A stretch of DNA of 64,000 nt from Candidatus Lambdaproteobacteria bacterium RIFOXYD2_FULL_50_16 (lineage in GTDB: Bacteria > SAR324 > XYD2-FULL-50-16). Where the stretch lies: positions 3,555 to 67,554 of the forward strand of contig MFNE01000047.1 in assembly GCA_001783695.1 (NCBI GenBank), in the 5' to 3' direction. The notes beneath the pieces are model-generated. The model ran no database searches, was not told where the DNA came from, and worked only from the letters and a program-made list of their open reading frames with translations. The position numbers and the translations under genes were made by a program. Positions 11,501 through 20,893 of the stretch are shown one piece after another (positions within the stretch are counted from its first letter, which is position 1; each line of letters opens with the position of its first letter).

Positions 11501-11652
11501 CGATTAGCTTCGGGAACATTAAGGACGAAAAGGCGAAGGTGACTAAGATCAAAACCACCACCAACCGGGGATACCGGCACTTGGAGGAGGTGAACTTTAA
11601 ACCGGCCGTTACCTATCTGAAAAAGATCAACCACGACAACCGCAAAGCATAG
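8527..11652 (+). CDS. actB: Alternative Complex III subunit ActB (fused molybdopterin-oxidoreductase-like B1 and 4Fe-4S B2 domains), Tat signal
   Basis: 1041 aa with a twin-arginine leader (RRDFFKVAAVSGAAAAVAGC). The N-terminus is a molybdopterin-oxidoreductase fold. The C-terminal ~250 aa carries multiple Cys clusters (CTGCSACVVAC, CGQCANAGCEPVCP, CNNC) as in PsrB/NrfC. Confidence 0.85.
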   Translation: MIMTKGINRRDFFKVAAVSGAAAAVAGCGTDPVEDIIPMLVPPSEYNPGVTIFFASTCHECSAACGVVLRTREGRAIKADGNPKHPLNKGSICAMGQASMQAMYSPSRSKGPNKGGAAVTWDAGLTELADKMKAASKVLYIGRAHSGSINTLINDVLAGAGGGTKLEFDMMPTSSLRKGNEIAFGTSEIPDYAISKAKTLISFGADFMESWLNNQANTREFTKMHAFANGEKGKYIHVAPHMTQTGTNADRWVAVKPGQEALVALAVAHALLPNSALSGDGGLKSYLDNYSIEKVSALTGVSKKMLEELAADFDKKGESLAIAGGTASQTGESTKLQVAVNLLNAVAGNIGKTVLFGANQQLGGDSADQIVAALNKAAAGEYQVVIVENANLVYALPNTAGVAETLKKVGYLVSLSTEADETSSLASIHLPTSHAVESWGDANPRTGIHNLQQPAMAKLPGYDTQSLGDLFLRLGQKLGAPGTEAADYQAYIKAVWAKNHKDWGGAGAFDAFWKSSLQNGGHFTDYEAKGASLQAAAYSNAQAPGEGAKGLTLIAVNSPLHNASGQNGNRTWMLEIPHPVTQLVWDSWVEINPDTAVELGINSGDLVEITTATGTQKVGAWVYYGIAPGVVAMPTGLGRSLPFPTYISTRGKSILLPHVEMASDVKLADISVGENVTDLFAYKTDAQSGDLVMQAAVSSLKSTGTAAYQVTPEGTHTSHDAAALTGKYTKANMGDHSQKGRGFVQVASVEEMNGHGQGHGEGHHLRHRHYTVDNRISNTDFYQERAADIAYHTEWSGAEKPVYYENYKWEMAIDLDRCTGCSACVVACYAENNIAVVGKERVSKGREMAWIRMTRYMDHNEETGALETYYTPNMCGQCANAGCEPVCPVYATYHNDEGINAMIYNRCVGTRYCLNNCIYKQRRFNWRTYEFPAPLHMQLNPSMTVREKGVMEKCNFCYSRIREGKDNAKDEGRLVIDGEIKTACQETCAADAISFGNIKDEKAKVTKIKTTTNRGYRHLEEVNFKPAVTYLKKINHDNRKA

Positions 11653-11660
11653 GAGATGCC

Positions 11661-12986
11661 GTGAGCAACGTTACTTACGCCAGCATCAACGATCACATCC
11701 TTCACTCGTTGAAGCCGCCGGGAAAATCCTGGTTCGCCAGCATGGCCGTCATCCTCACCATGTTGGGGATGGGGATCTTTGCCTTTGGCTATCAAATTCG
11801 CCACGGTTTAGAGGGCAGCGGGATTAACAACCCCATTGGTTGGGGTGTGTACATCACCAACTTCGTATTTTGGGTAGGTATTGCCCACGCGGGCACCTTG
11901 ATCTCGGCAGTTCTCTTTTTGGTCCGGGCTCCTTTTAGGACCTCGATCTACCGGGCCGCTGAGGCAATGACCGTGTTTGCGGTAATGACCGCGGGGCTTT
12001 TCCCATTAATCCACATTGGTCGGGTTTGGAACTTTTACTTCCTAATCCCTTATCCGAACCAACGGCTTTTATGGGTTAACTTCAAATCACCCCTGTTATG
12101 GGACGTATTTGCGGTTAACACCTATATGTCGGTGTCGATCCTGTTTTTCTTGGTGGGCTTAGTGCCGGACTTTGCCGTGATTCGCGACGAATCCAAAGGG
12201 CTCAAACGGATATTCTACGGAATTGTTTCCCTAGGCTTTAGGGGCACCAACCATGAATGGGTCCACTACATGCGGGCTTATCTCTTGTTTGCCGCCATCG
12301 CTACGCCCTTGGTGTTCTCGGTCCACTCGATTGTATCCTGGGACTTCGCGATGTCTTCGATCCCTGGTTGGCACACCACCATCTTCCCGCCCTACTTCGT
12401 GGCGGGCGCGATCTTCTCTGGTTGCGCGATGGTGCTAACCTTGATGATCCCCTTGCGGGCGATCTTCCCTGGGTTTAAAGACCTGATGCCCATGAAGGAC
12501 TTGGAGGCTATGGCCAAGATGATCCTCTTCACTGGCTTCGTGGTCACCTACGCTTACTCGATTGAGTTCTTTATCGCCTACTACTCAGGGGCCCGCTACG
12601 AGCGCGCCCTCTTCTGGTTCCGGCCTTTTGGTGAACTCAAGGTGTTTTTCTTCCTAATGGTCTTCTGTAACTGCGTGGCACCGCTGCCTTTGTGGATGAA
12701 GTCGATCAGGACCAACATCCCCGCTCTTTGGGTGATCTCGATCTTTATAAACATCGGGATGTGGATGGAACGATACAACATCGTTGTTACCTCGCTGGCT
12801 CACGATTTCGACCCTTACGCCTGGGGCACTTACACCTTCGAGTGGGTGGAAGTCTGGATAACCATCGGTAGTTTCGGTTGGTTCTTTATGTGGTTCTTTA
12901 TCTTCGTTAAGATCATGCCTTCAATGGCCGTGGCGGAGTTAAAAGAGGCCCTGGTTCCCCCAATGAGGAGTGCACATCATGAGTAA
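11661..12986 (+). CDS. actC: Alternative Complex III subunit ActC (NrfD/PsrC-like polytopic membrane subunit)
   Basis: 441 aa and highly hydrophobic with multiple TM helices, placed directly after actB. Confidence 0.8.
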   Translation: MSNVTYASINDHILHSLKPPGKSWFASMAVILTMLGMGIFAFGYQIRHGLEGSGINNPIGWGVYITNFVFWVGIAHAGTLISAVLFLVRAPFRTSIYRAAEAMTVFAVMTAGLFPLIHIGRVWNFYFLIPYPNQRLLWVNFKSPLLWDVFAVNTYMSVSILFFLVGLVPDFAVIRDESKGLKRIFYGIVSLGFRGTNHEWVHYMRAYLLFAAIATPLVFSVHSIVSWDFAMSSIPGWHTTIFPPYFVAGAIFSGCAMVLTLMIPLRAIFPGFKDLMPMKDLEAMAKMILFTGFVVTYAYSIEFFIAYYSGARYERALFWFRPFGELKVFFFLMVFCNCVAPLPLWMKSIRTNIPALWVISIFINIGMWMERYNIVVTSLAHDFDPYAWGTYTFEWVEVWITIGSFGWFFMWFFIFVKIMPSMAVAELKEALVPPMRSAHHE

Positions 12987-13509
12987 GCAATTCACCGGCG
13001 TCTGGGCCGCATACGAATACCTGGACGACTTTTGTGGGGCAGTACGCGAGCTTAGAGGCTCTGGGTTCCAACGGTTAACCACCTTGGCCCCTTGCCCTCG
13101 CCACGAGATTGACCATGCTTTGGGCAACCCCCAGAGCCGGGTTCCTTTCTTTACCTTGGCAGGGATGTTTACCGGATTTACCTTGGCCTTTACGATTATG
13201 ACCTTTATGTCCCTAGAGTGGATCATTCCGGTCTCGGGTAAGCCGATTGTTTCTTACCCGATCATGGGGCCGGTACTGTTCGAGCTTTCGGTTTTGTTCG
13301 CCGTCTGGTTCACCGTGTTTGGGATGGTTGGATTGATTTTAAACGACCTGCGCAAATACGTGTTCCCCTCTAGCAAAGCCTGGAAAAAATACCGCCGTTT
13401 CACGAGGGACCGGTTTGGGGTAATCGTTCCCTGCACCCAACACGACTTAGAGAAGGTGGAAAGCATTTTGAATAAATATCAGGCAGAGGAGGTCAACCGT
13501 GAAGCTTAA
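12970..13509 (+). CDS. actD: Alternative Complex III subunit ActD
   Basis: 179 aa with two TM helices. Its position and size match ActD (DUF3341). Confidence 0.6.
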   Translation: MHIMSKQFTGVWAAYEYLDDFCGAVRELRGSGFQRLTTLAPCPRHEIDHALGNPQSRVPFFTLAGMFTGFTLAFTIMTFMSLEWIIPVSGKPIVSYPIMGPVLFELSVLFAVWFTVFGMVGLILNDLRKYVFPSSKAWKKYRRFTRDRFGVIVPCTQHDLEKVESILNKYQAEEVNREA

Positions 13510-14053
13510 GGCAGGCATCTTAATTGGCTTGATGGTACTGGTTGGGGCTAACCTTGGTTTTGCCAAGTCATCCCTTTGGATCGCAGTTACCGACTTGTAC
13601 GACCAAAAGAGCATTAAACCGCAAGAAGCGGGCAGCATGACCCAGTTTACGGTGGGTACGGTTACTACCGATGGGAAATTGTTTGAATCGACCGAGCAAA
13701 ATTTCGATTGGATCACCAATGAGATGGATCCGGCTTTAACAACCCGTAACCCGGTTGCCGCCAGCCCAGAATCCTTGGCGAATGGTGAAAACAAGTTTTA
13801 CACTTACTGCGCTGTTTGCCATACCGACAATAGCCAGACCAGCCCAGCCGGTTTGGCGAATTCGAAGGTGAACGAAAAAGGTATGCTCGCCCCGGCAATG
13901 TTGCTGATGACTCCCGGTTTTTCGGATGGGTACATCTACAGCAAAATCAAGTACGGCGGAGCGATTATGCCCGTCTTGGGCTACGCGACCACCGACAAAG
14001 ATCGTTGGGATATTGTTAATTTCATTCGCGCAAAATTGGAGACGCAACCATGA
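13499..14053 (+). CDS. actE: Alternative Complex III subunit ActE (monoheme cytochrome c)
   Basis: Signal peptide and a single CAVCH heme motif, with downstream Met as a likely axial ligand. Confidence 0.7.
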   Translation: MKLKAGILIGLMVLVGANLGFAKSSLWIAVTDLYDQKSIKPQEAGSMTQFTVGTVTTDGKLFESTEQNFDWITNEMDPALTTRNPVAASPESLANGENKFYTYCAVCHTDNSQTSPAGLANSKVNEKGMLAPAMLLMTPGFSDGYIYSKIKYGGAIMPVLGYATTDKDRWDIVNFIRAKLETQP

Positions 14054-15345
14054 CCAGAAATGAAGAGATGAAGGCCGTCTTAGAATCGACGACCTTCAAG
14101 CTTAGCGGGGGCCTTCGGGGCTTGTTTGTGCTCTTTGTGGCCATCGGCTTGGTAGGCTTCATTGTGGGGGCCTCTGGTTCTCATCCCCATTTGGCCTGGC
14201 AGGCGCTTTTGACCAACACAGTCTATTTTGGCGGTATTGCCTTTGGTGGATTGATGTTTTCGGTTATTTGGCATATTACCGACGCTAATTGGGGCCGCCC
14301 CTATAAAAGGTTTTCTGAAGCCTTGGGGGCTTTTGCTCCGATCGCGGGTCTGCTTTATTTAGTGTTGTTTTTTGGGGCTCACCACTTCTTCCAGTGGATG
14401 GACCATGACAAAGTGATTCACTCGAAAGCAGCTTGGTTGAACTTCCCGTTTTTTGTGGAGCGCAACGTTATCCTTTATGTGGTTGTGCTGATCTTGGCCT
14501 TTATCTACGTTAAAAACAGCTTGCGCCCTGATATTGGACTGGCAAAGAAGTTAAACAACTTCTCGAACGGTTTTGCAGACAAGTTTGTTTCAGGATACGG
14601 CGACCAAGATGCCGAGCAAAAGGCTTGTAAGAAGAAAAACGACCGAATTGCGGTATTACTGGCAATGGGTTGGGGTTTGCTTTCAAGCTTAATCGCCTTC
14701 GATTGGATTATGTCGATCGACCAGGAATGGTTCTCAACGATGTTTGGAGTGCAGTATCTGGCCGCTAGCTTGATTACCGGCATGGCCTGTCTAAACCTAA
14801 TCTCTGGGGTCGCCTGGAAGAAACTGGGTTTGGACGGTTATATTAATACCAGTCGCCACCACGACACAGGCAAATTTATTTTCGCCTTCTGCCTTCTGTT
14901 CACCTATATGGTGTTCAGTCAGGTTTTGGTAATTTGGTATGGCAACATCCCTGAAGAAACCCCTTACTTGCTATTGCGGATGCATAGCCACGAGTGGGGC
15001 TGGTTGTTTTGGGTGTTGGCAGTGATGATTTTCTTGGTCCCTTTCTTCGGACTCATGCCTCGGACGGTTTGTAATCTACCCTGGGCTTCGAGGATCTTTG
15101 CTATCGACGTGTTGGTGGCTATCTGGCTGGAGAAGTACTTCTTGATCGCTCCTTCGATCCAAGAAAACATGGCCGATGCTGCTGGAGTAGGCGCTCATCT
15201 GGCTGGGTTCCAGTACAACATCTTCGATTTCTCGATTACTTTAGGAGTCTTGGGCGCGTTTTTGCTGAGTGTCTTTTGGTTCCTTTCGAAGGTTCCTGCG
15301 GTTCCGATTTCGGACCCTCGATTTTATAAAGAAGGGCATCATTAG
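14050..15345 (+). CDS. actF: Alternative Complex III subunit ActF (second NrfD-like membrane subunit)
   Basis: 431 aa polytopic membrane protein and the last gene of the operon. It overlaps actE by 4 bp. Confidence 0.75.
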   Translation: MTRNEEMKAVLESTTFKLSGGLRGLFVLFVAIGLVGFIVGASGSHPHLAWQALLTNTVYFGGIAFGGLMFSVIWHITDANWGRPYKRFSEALGAFAPIAGLLYLVLFFGAHHFFQWMDHDKVIHSKAAWLNFPFFVERNVILYVVVLILAFIYVKNSLRPDIGLAKKLNNFSNGFADKFVSGYGDQDAEQKACKKKNDRIAVLLAMGWGLLSSLIAFDWIMSIDQEWFSTMFGVQYLAASLITGMACLNLISGVAWKKLGLDGYINTSRHHDTGKFIFAFCLLFTYMVFSQVLVIWYGNIPEETPYLLLRMHSHEWGWLFWVLAVMIFLVPFFGLMPRTVCNLPWASRIFAIDVLVAIWLEKYFLIAPSIQENMADAAGVGAHLAGFQYNIFDFSITLGVLGAFLLSVFWFLSKVPAVPISDPRFYKEGHH

Positions 15346-15372
15346 TCCTACTTGAGGTTGTTTTTTCAAGGA

Positions 15373-15399
15373 AAAGCCCGGCAATGCCGGGCTTTTTTG
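15373..15399 (+). terminator. rho-independent terminator of the act operon
   Basis: GCCCGGC-AATG-CCGGGC stem-loop followed by TTTTTTGTTTT, 28 bp after the actF stop. Confidence 0.7.
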
Positions 15400-15457
15400 T
15401 TTTGAGCCCCTGTATTTTTTTTGTCGATCTGTCTATCTTGGTCCCCAGAGGTCACCT

Positions 15458-16486
15458 ATGGGACAAAATTTACACCTTACCAAAGCTCAAAAGATTTCGG
15501 TTTCCCAGGCAGTCCTTCCGGGCTTTGCTTTGGTTCTTGACGTCCGTTCGCCTGCTGAATGGGCTGTTGGGCATATTCCCGGATCGGTTAATTTGCCTTT
15601 ACTGGACGATCAAGAGCGTCATTTGATTGGGATTCTATACAAAAATGAGGGCCCAGCGGCAGCGATAGATCAGGGATATCGGTATTTTGAGCCAAAAGAG
15701 CAAACCTTAGCCAATCAACTTTTAAGCCTGCCAAAAGACCGTCCATTGGTGATTGCTTGCGCTCGCGGAGGGATGCGTAGCCAAGTGATGACCGGGTTTG
15801 CCGAACGGATTGGCTGTGCTGCTTTGCAACTCGAAGGCGGATATAAAGCTTACCGTGGTTTTTGTTTGCAACTCTTTGAAACGCATAACTTTAAAAATTT
15901 GGTAGTATTACATGGTTCTACGGGGGTCGGGAAAACCCTGGTGATCAAAGGGCTGAATAATGCGATTGATTTAGAAGGCTACGCAGGGCATCGAGGGAGT
16001 ATGTTTGGCGGGGTTGGGCTGGAAGAAAAGAGCCAAAAAAACTTTGAAGGGCTTTTGGTCCAACGGCTTTTAGAAGTGGATTGGTCCAGGCCTGTTTTTA
16101 TTGAAGGGGAGTCACGAAAGGTAGGCCGTGTCAGTTTGCCGCCAAAACTTTTTGAAGCTATGTGTGCTTCTCGGCAGATATTGTTAACTGCTCCTTTAAA
16201 GATAAGGGTGGAGCGCACTCGCTTTGAATATATCGACCGCCAGCCTCAATGCGTACCCCAAATCCGCGAATTAGTAGCCCGACTTTATCAAGACCTTGGA
16301 CATCAACGGACTGCCGAATTATTAGCTTGGTTCGACGAAGGGCAATATGATTCTTGTTTTGGCGCCATATTAACCGAATATTACGACAAAAAATATGACC
16401 ATACCCTAAACCGCATGACCTTCGAGGCGCAGATGGATACTAGCGATCTGCTGGCGGTAGTCGCCCTTCTTGAGGGCTGGGCATGA
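15458..16486 (+). CDS. selU: tRNA 2-selenouridine synthase (rhodanese plus P-loop)
   Basis: N-terminal rhodanese-like domain and a central P-loop (LHGSTGVGKT), at the ~340 aa length typical of SelU/MnmH/YbbB. Confidence 0.65.
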   Translation: MGQNLHLTKAQKISVSQAVLPGFALVLDVRSPAEWAVGHIPGSVNLPLLDDQERHLIGILYKNEGPAAAIDQGYRYFEPKEQTLANQLLSLPKDRPLVIACARGGMRSQVMTGFAERIGCAALQLEGGYKAYRGFCLQLFETHNFKNLVVLHGSTGVGKTLVIKGLNNAIDLEGYAGHRGSMFGGVGLEEKSQKNFEGLLVQRLLEVDWSRPVFIEGESRKVGRVSLPPKLFEAMCASRQILLTAPLKIRVERTRFEYIDRQPQCVPQIRELVARLYQDLGHQRTAELLAWFDEGQYDSCFGAILTEYYDKKYDHTLNRMTFEAQMDTSDLLAVVALLEGWA

Positions 16487-16568
16487 TTTATTATTCAATC
16501 GACTTGGGTTTATTGTATGTCTGGGCTGGGGCGTTTGGTCAGAACCTAACATTGTTAGGTGGGTACCC

Positions 16569-17624
16569 ATGAAAGTTGATTTGCGGACCTCCTTTATTTG
16601 GCGCGTATTAATCACTCCGCTGGCATGGGTGTACCGAGTACTGTATTATTTAAGGGCCTTCTACGCCTGGGGTTGGGTCCAGCCCTATCAGGCAAAGATA
16701 CCCGTGATTTCAGTAGGAAACCTGAGTGTTGGGGGCACGGGGAAGACCCCACTGATTGACTGGCTGGTTGGTTACCTTGAAGAAGAAGGGTTTAAGGTTG
16801 GGCTTTTAAGTCGAGGATACCGTAGGCAAACAACCGAAAGCCTTCTTTTAAGGCCGGGGGCGAAAACGTTAGGAGGCCCTGAATTTTATGGGGATGAGCC
16901 TTGGTTTTTAGCAGGAAAACATCCTCGATTGACCTTGGCCATTGACTCAAGGCGGGACCGTGGCTCGAGAGAGATTGAAGGGGAAGTGGACCTGCTCTTA
17001 CTAGACGACGGGTTTCAGCAGCTTTACCAAAAGGTCGATTTAAATTTAGTGCTTTTTGACGCCAGCTTTGGTTTAGGTAACGGGGGGCTTTTGCCTGCTG
17101 GCCCCTTACGGGAGCCGCTTTCCGCGCTAAAACGGGCGGATGCCTTAGTGCTCACTAAAACCAACCTTGGTGACCCGAGGAGCCTGCAAAATCGGCTTGC
17201 GCCTCATTTACCAAATGGGGTACCCACTTTTCATCTAGTCTATCAGCCAGTTGGGGTGTTAGATTGGGATCAGAGGCAACTTTTGAAATTAGACAGTTTG
17301 CCTCAAGTTCGCTGGTTGGCTTTTTGTGGAATTGGCAATCCCATGGGGTTTCGGAGGGCTTTAAACGAGGCAGGAATCGAACCTTGTGATTTTATTGTCT
17401 TAGCGGATCACCAGCATTTTGACCTTGGTTTAGCAGAGTCCCTTAAAGAGCGGGCCCAAAAAATGGGGGCGGTCCTGATTGGCACACAAAAGGATGGGGT
17501 CAAATTAGACAACCTTAAAAACAGTCTAGGGCCCGTGTATTTGTTGGTAATGGAACTGGGAGTTCCTGAAGAATTTAAGACCTTTATTAAACAAAAACTG
17601 GCTAAAATGGAGCCAGGAGCATGA
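16569..17624 (+). CDS. lpxK: tetraacyldisaccharide 4'-kinase
   Basis: P-loop ISVGNLSVGGTGKTP at the canonical position. The start was moved to the internal Met (MKVDLRTSF), because the ORF-track start at 16470 overlaps selU and carries non-LpxK sequence. Confidence 0.8.
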   Translation: MKVDLRTSFIWRVLITPLAWVYRVLYYLRAFYAWGWVQPYQAKIPVISVGNLSVGGTGKTPLIDWLVGYLEEEGFKVGLLSRGYRRQTTESLLLRPGAKTLGGPEFYGDEPWFLAGKHPRLTLAIDSRRDRGSREIEGEVDLLLLDDGFQQLYQKVDLNLVLFDASFGLGNGGLLPAGPLREPLSALKRADALVLTKTNLGDPRSLQNRLAPHLPNGVPTFHLVYQPVGVLDWDQRQLLKLDSLPQVRWLAFCGIGNPMGFRRALNEAGIEPCDFIVLADHQHFDLGLAESLKERAQKMGAVLIGTQKDGVKLDNLKNSLGPVYLLVMELGVPEEFKTFIKQKLAKMEPGA

Positions 17625-18583
17625 GCGAAGAACTACAAAAAAGTCGGGAAGATCGAGTGCGCCAATTGCACCATTCGATCTTGGAAACATACGAGATCCA
17701 TGGGGGTATCAATCATATCGATGAAACCAACCTCCCTTCGGTCGGCGAGGTGGTTGATATTATCAAAAAAATGATGTTTCTGCTTTTTCCAGGCTTTTAC
17801 AATATTGAAAAGATAAATAAAGGCAACCTAGAAAGTTGGTCTGGCTACCTCTTGGGGAGTCTTGTTGAGCGGCTGGAACGGCAGATTACCAAAAGTGTCT
17901 GCTTTGTGCGCCGAGAGCAGCCTCATAGCGAACATCTGGCCGAGTCAGGCGGCGCGACCTTGGAAATTTTAGAGGAAATCCCGAAGATTCGCCAATTGTT
18001 AAAATTAGATGTAGCCGCCGCCTATTTTGGTGACCCCGCTGCGCGTAGCCACGAAGAGATTATTCTTTCTTACCCTAGTATTCAGGCGATTGCTTTATAT
18101 CGGGTGGCGCACGAGTTTTACCGGCGAGATATCCCCTTGATAGGGCGGATGATTACTGAATATGCGCACCGACAAACCGGGATTGATATCCACCCAGGGG
18201 CGCAGATTGGGAAATCTTTTTTTATTGATCACGGAACCGGTGTGGTCATTGGGGAGACCTGTATCATTGGAGACCGGGTTAAGATTTATCAAGGAGTGAC
18301 CTTAGGGGCCTTAAGTTTTAAAAAAGACCCTAGCGGGGCCCTGGTCAAGGGACTCAAGCGGCACCCGACTATTGAAGACGATGTGGTGCTTTATGCAGGT
18401 TGCAACATCTTGGGTGGTAACACAGTTATTGGCAAAGGCTCGGTGATTGGGGGTAACGTTTGGATAACAGAATCAGTCCCTACGGGGACCGTAATCACTT
18501 TTGACGTGACCAAGCAGGAATACCGGCGGATTCAAAAAGGAATCGAAATAGAACTAGATTTCTTTTTGGGCAGCGGCATATAG
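17621..18583 (+). CDS. cysE: serine O-acetyltransferase
   Basis: Left-handed beta-helix hexapeptide repeats (IHPGAQIGKSFFIDHGTGVVIGETCIIGDRVKIYQGVTLG) and the SATase N-terminal helical domain. Confidence 0.8.
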   Translation: MSEELQKSREDRVRQLHHSILETYEIHGGINHIDETNLPSVGEVVDIIKKMMFLLFPGFYNIEKINKGNLESWSGYLLGSLVERLERQITKSVCFVRREQPHSEHLAESGGATLEILEEIPKIRQLLKLDVAAAYFGDPAARSHEEIILSYPSIQAIALYRVAHEFYRRDIPLIGRMITEYAHRQTGIDIHPGAQIGKSFFIDHGTGVVIGETCIIGDRVKIYQGVTLGALSFKKDPSGALVKGLKRHPTIEDDVVLYAGCNILGGNTVIGKGSVIGGNVWITESVPTGTVITFDVTKQEYRRIQKGIEIELDFFLGSGI

Positions 18584-18650
18584 GCCTTTCTTCATAGCCG
18601 AAATTAAGGTACAATTTACAAGCTTTCCCTGTCGGACTACTCCCTTTTAA

Positions 18651-20858
18651 ATGGCACCTATGGAAGCGAAGATTCGCAAACAGATTGAAAAAAAACTGGC
18701 TAGCCCGCGCAAGGCCCTCCAGGCTTCCTTGATCGAAGCAGACCTAAGGGAATGTAAGCTGACAAATCTAACGGATATTATGTTGCCATTTGATGAGCTG
18801 ACCGGCGTTTTTGGGGCTCATCCTGAATTAAGTGAGTTTGGCAAAGCCCTGGAGTTTTGCAACGACCTTTTGGGGCAAATTGCGACCGAACATATCAGCC
18901 ATTATACCGGTCTTTCCTACGTCTTTACGGTTTACGAGTTAATGTCAGATCAACTGGACCTGTTTTTGAAAGGGGACACCAACCTAGACCGGTTTCATTT
19001 GTTTTTAGAAAAGGTTTCCCAGGCCTTTTTGGGGGTGGAAAATGTCAAAGTCGTATTGGCCTCCTCCAGTCAAGAGGTCATCCAGGACATGCCTCCGCAA
19101 GACCTGATTGACGACGGTACCTTCTCGGACTTTATTAACGAAGTGACCGATGGGTTGGAAACGGTTGAAGAAAACATTTTAGAGATGGAGCAGGACCCCA
19201 GCCAGCTTAGTTTGATCGACCTGCTTTTTAGGGTGATGCACACCATTAAGGGCACCGCTGGTTTTATGGGGATGCCTACCATTTCGAAAGTGGCTCACAA
19301 AACCGAAGATGTTTTAGGCGAAATCAGAGATGGCAAACGCGGGCTGGTGCCTAATGTTTTTGATCTGATGTTCAAGTCAGTCGATACCTTAAAAAACTTG
19401 ATAATTCAATTGACCAGCTTGGTGCAAGGCACTGAGGTTAAACCGGTTAATATTGGCAATTTTTTCCGTGCGTTAGACGTGGTTTATGGGTTGGCTGAAC
19501 CAGACCCTAATATAGAACAGCCCAAAGCCCAATCTCCCTTGTCTAAAGAGGAAGAAACCAATGCCGCTGCCATGCTGGCCGCGATGGAAGAGGCGGGGGA
19601 GCAACCTGGACCGGGGGCTACCAAGGACGAGCCTACCTTGAGCGACGTGGCTAAAAAGGGAGACAGCGGGAAAGGCCCCACCAAGATTCAAGACATGTTA
19701 AAGGTACCCGCTGAGCGGCTCGATGAGCTTTCGAATCTAGTGGGCGAGATGGTTGTGGCCCTGTCGCTATTAACCCAGAATCCAATCATGGCCGAATTAA
19801 CCGACCGCAACGTCAACAGCCAATTGGACCACCTGGACAAAATTACCGAATCTTTGCGTGACAAAGTGTTAGGGATTCGAATGTTCCCGATTGGCACTGT
19901 TTTTTCCAAGTTAAGCCGTCAAGTGCGTGACCTATCCCAAAAGTCGGGCAAAAAGATTGATTTGCAGCTTAAAGGGGTGGATACGCTGGTGGACAAAAGT
20001 ATTATCGATAACATCTACGCACCCTTGATGCATTTGGTGCGTAACAGCATCGATCACGGTATTGAACCCCCAGGCGAACGAGGCGACAAAAATGAGGTGG
20101 GAGAAGTGGAAATCAAGGCGCAGCATCTGGGCGACGCGATTGAAATCGCCATCTCTGATGACGGCAAAGGGCTCGATAAAGAGCGGATTTTAGAAAAGGC
20201 TATTGAGCGAGGGTTGGTTAAAAACAAAGAAAGCCTGACCGAAAAGGAGATTTTTGGATTTATCTTTATGCCCGGTTTTTCCACTGCCAAACAGGTGACC
20301 GACATCTCTGGAAGAGGGGTGGGGATGGATGTGGTGAGAAAAACTATCGAAAGTTTGCGCGGCAAGATTGAGACCGAATCGACGCCCGGTAAAGGGACCA
20401 AGTTTATTTTAAAAATGCCGCTGACCACCTCGATTATCGAAGGGCTGGTGGTGGCGGTGGGAGGCAACCGATTTATTATGCCGATCTTGGATGTATTGCA
20501 GACCATTACCCCCGAAAGAGAAGACCTCAAAGGGATCCAGGGCCGAGAAAATGAGTTTTTCCTGTTGGCGGGCGAGATGATCCCGATAGTTCGGCTGTAC
20601 GAGGTTTACCAACTGGAACCGGATGTGACCGATCCAGGGCAAGCGGTTTTGGTGGTCGTAAATTCAGCGGGTAAAAAATATGGGATTATGGTTGATGAGT
20701 TGCTCCACCGCCAGCAGATCGTTATTCAACCCCTAGGTGAACGGTTTAAGCGCCTTAAGGGGGTCAGCGGGGGGACTATTTTAGGTGATGGGCGGGTCGG
20801 ACTGATTTTAGACCCGGTAAGTTTGGTTCAAAAACAACCTATTCAGGAGGAAGTGTAA
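18651..20858 (+). CDS. cheA: chemotaxis histidine kinase CheA
   Basis: Hpt domain (HTIKGTAGFMGM), dimerisation and HATPase domains, and a C-terminal CheW-like domain. 735 aa with an extra ~160 aa N-terminal region. Confidence 0.9.
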   Translation: MAPMEAKIRKQIEKKLASPRKALQASLIEADLRECKLTNLTDIMLPFDELTGVFGAHPELSEFGKALEFCNDLLGQIATEHISHYTGLSYVFTVYELMSDQLDLFLKGDTNLDRFHLFLEKVSQAFLGVENVKVVLASSSQEVIQDMPPQDLIDDGTFSDFINEVTDGLETVEENILEMEQDPSQLSLIDLLFRVMHTIKGTAGFMGMPTISKVAHKTEDVLGEIRDGKRGLVPNVFDLMFKSVDTLKNLIIQLTSLVQGTEVKPVNIGNFFRALDVVYGLAEPDPNIEQPKAQSPLSKEEETNAAAMLAAMEEAGEQPGPGATKDEPTLSDVAKKGDSGKGPTKIQDMLKVPAERLDELSNLVGEMVVALSLLTQNPIMAELTDRNVNSQLDHLDKITESLRDKVLGIRMFPIGTVFSKLSRQVRDLSQKSGKKIDLQLKGVDTLVDKSIIDNIYAPLMHLVRNSIDHGIEPPGERGDKNEVGEVEIKAQHLGDAIEIAISDDGKGLDKERILEKAIERGLVKNKESLTEKEIFGFIFMPGFSTAKQVTDISGRGVGMDVVRKTIESLRGKIETESTPGKGTKFILKMPLTTSIIEGLVVAVGGNRFIMPILDVLQTITPEREDLKGIQGRENEFFLLAGEMIPIVRLYEVYQLEPDVTDPGQAVLVVVNSAGKKYGIMVDELLHRQQIVIQPLGERFKRLKGVSGGTILGDGRVGLILDPVSLVQKQPIQEEV

Positions 20859-20893
20859 TCCTGAGCAAACCTTAAATCAACGCGGTAGAGGAG

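Noticed and set aside
12253-12478. Two short + strand ORFs inside actC
   Set aside because: They are alternative frames of a polytopic membrane gene and Pro/Arg-rich artefacts.
15384-15626. 80-aa ORF starting inside the act terminator hairpin
   Set aside because: It begins within the GCCCGGC stem-loop and overlaps the selU start. It is most likely a non-coding leader.
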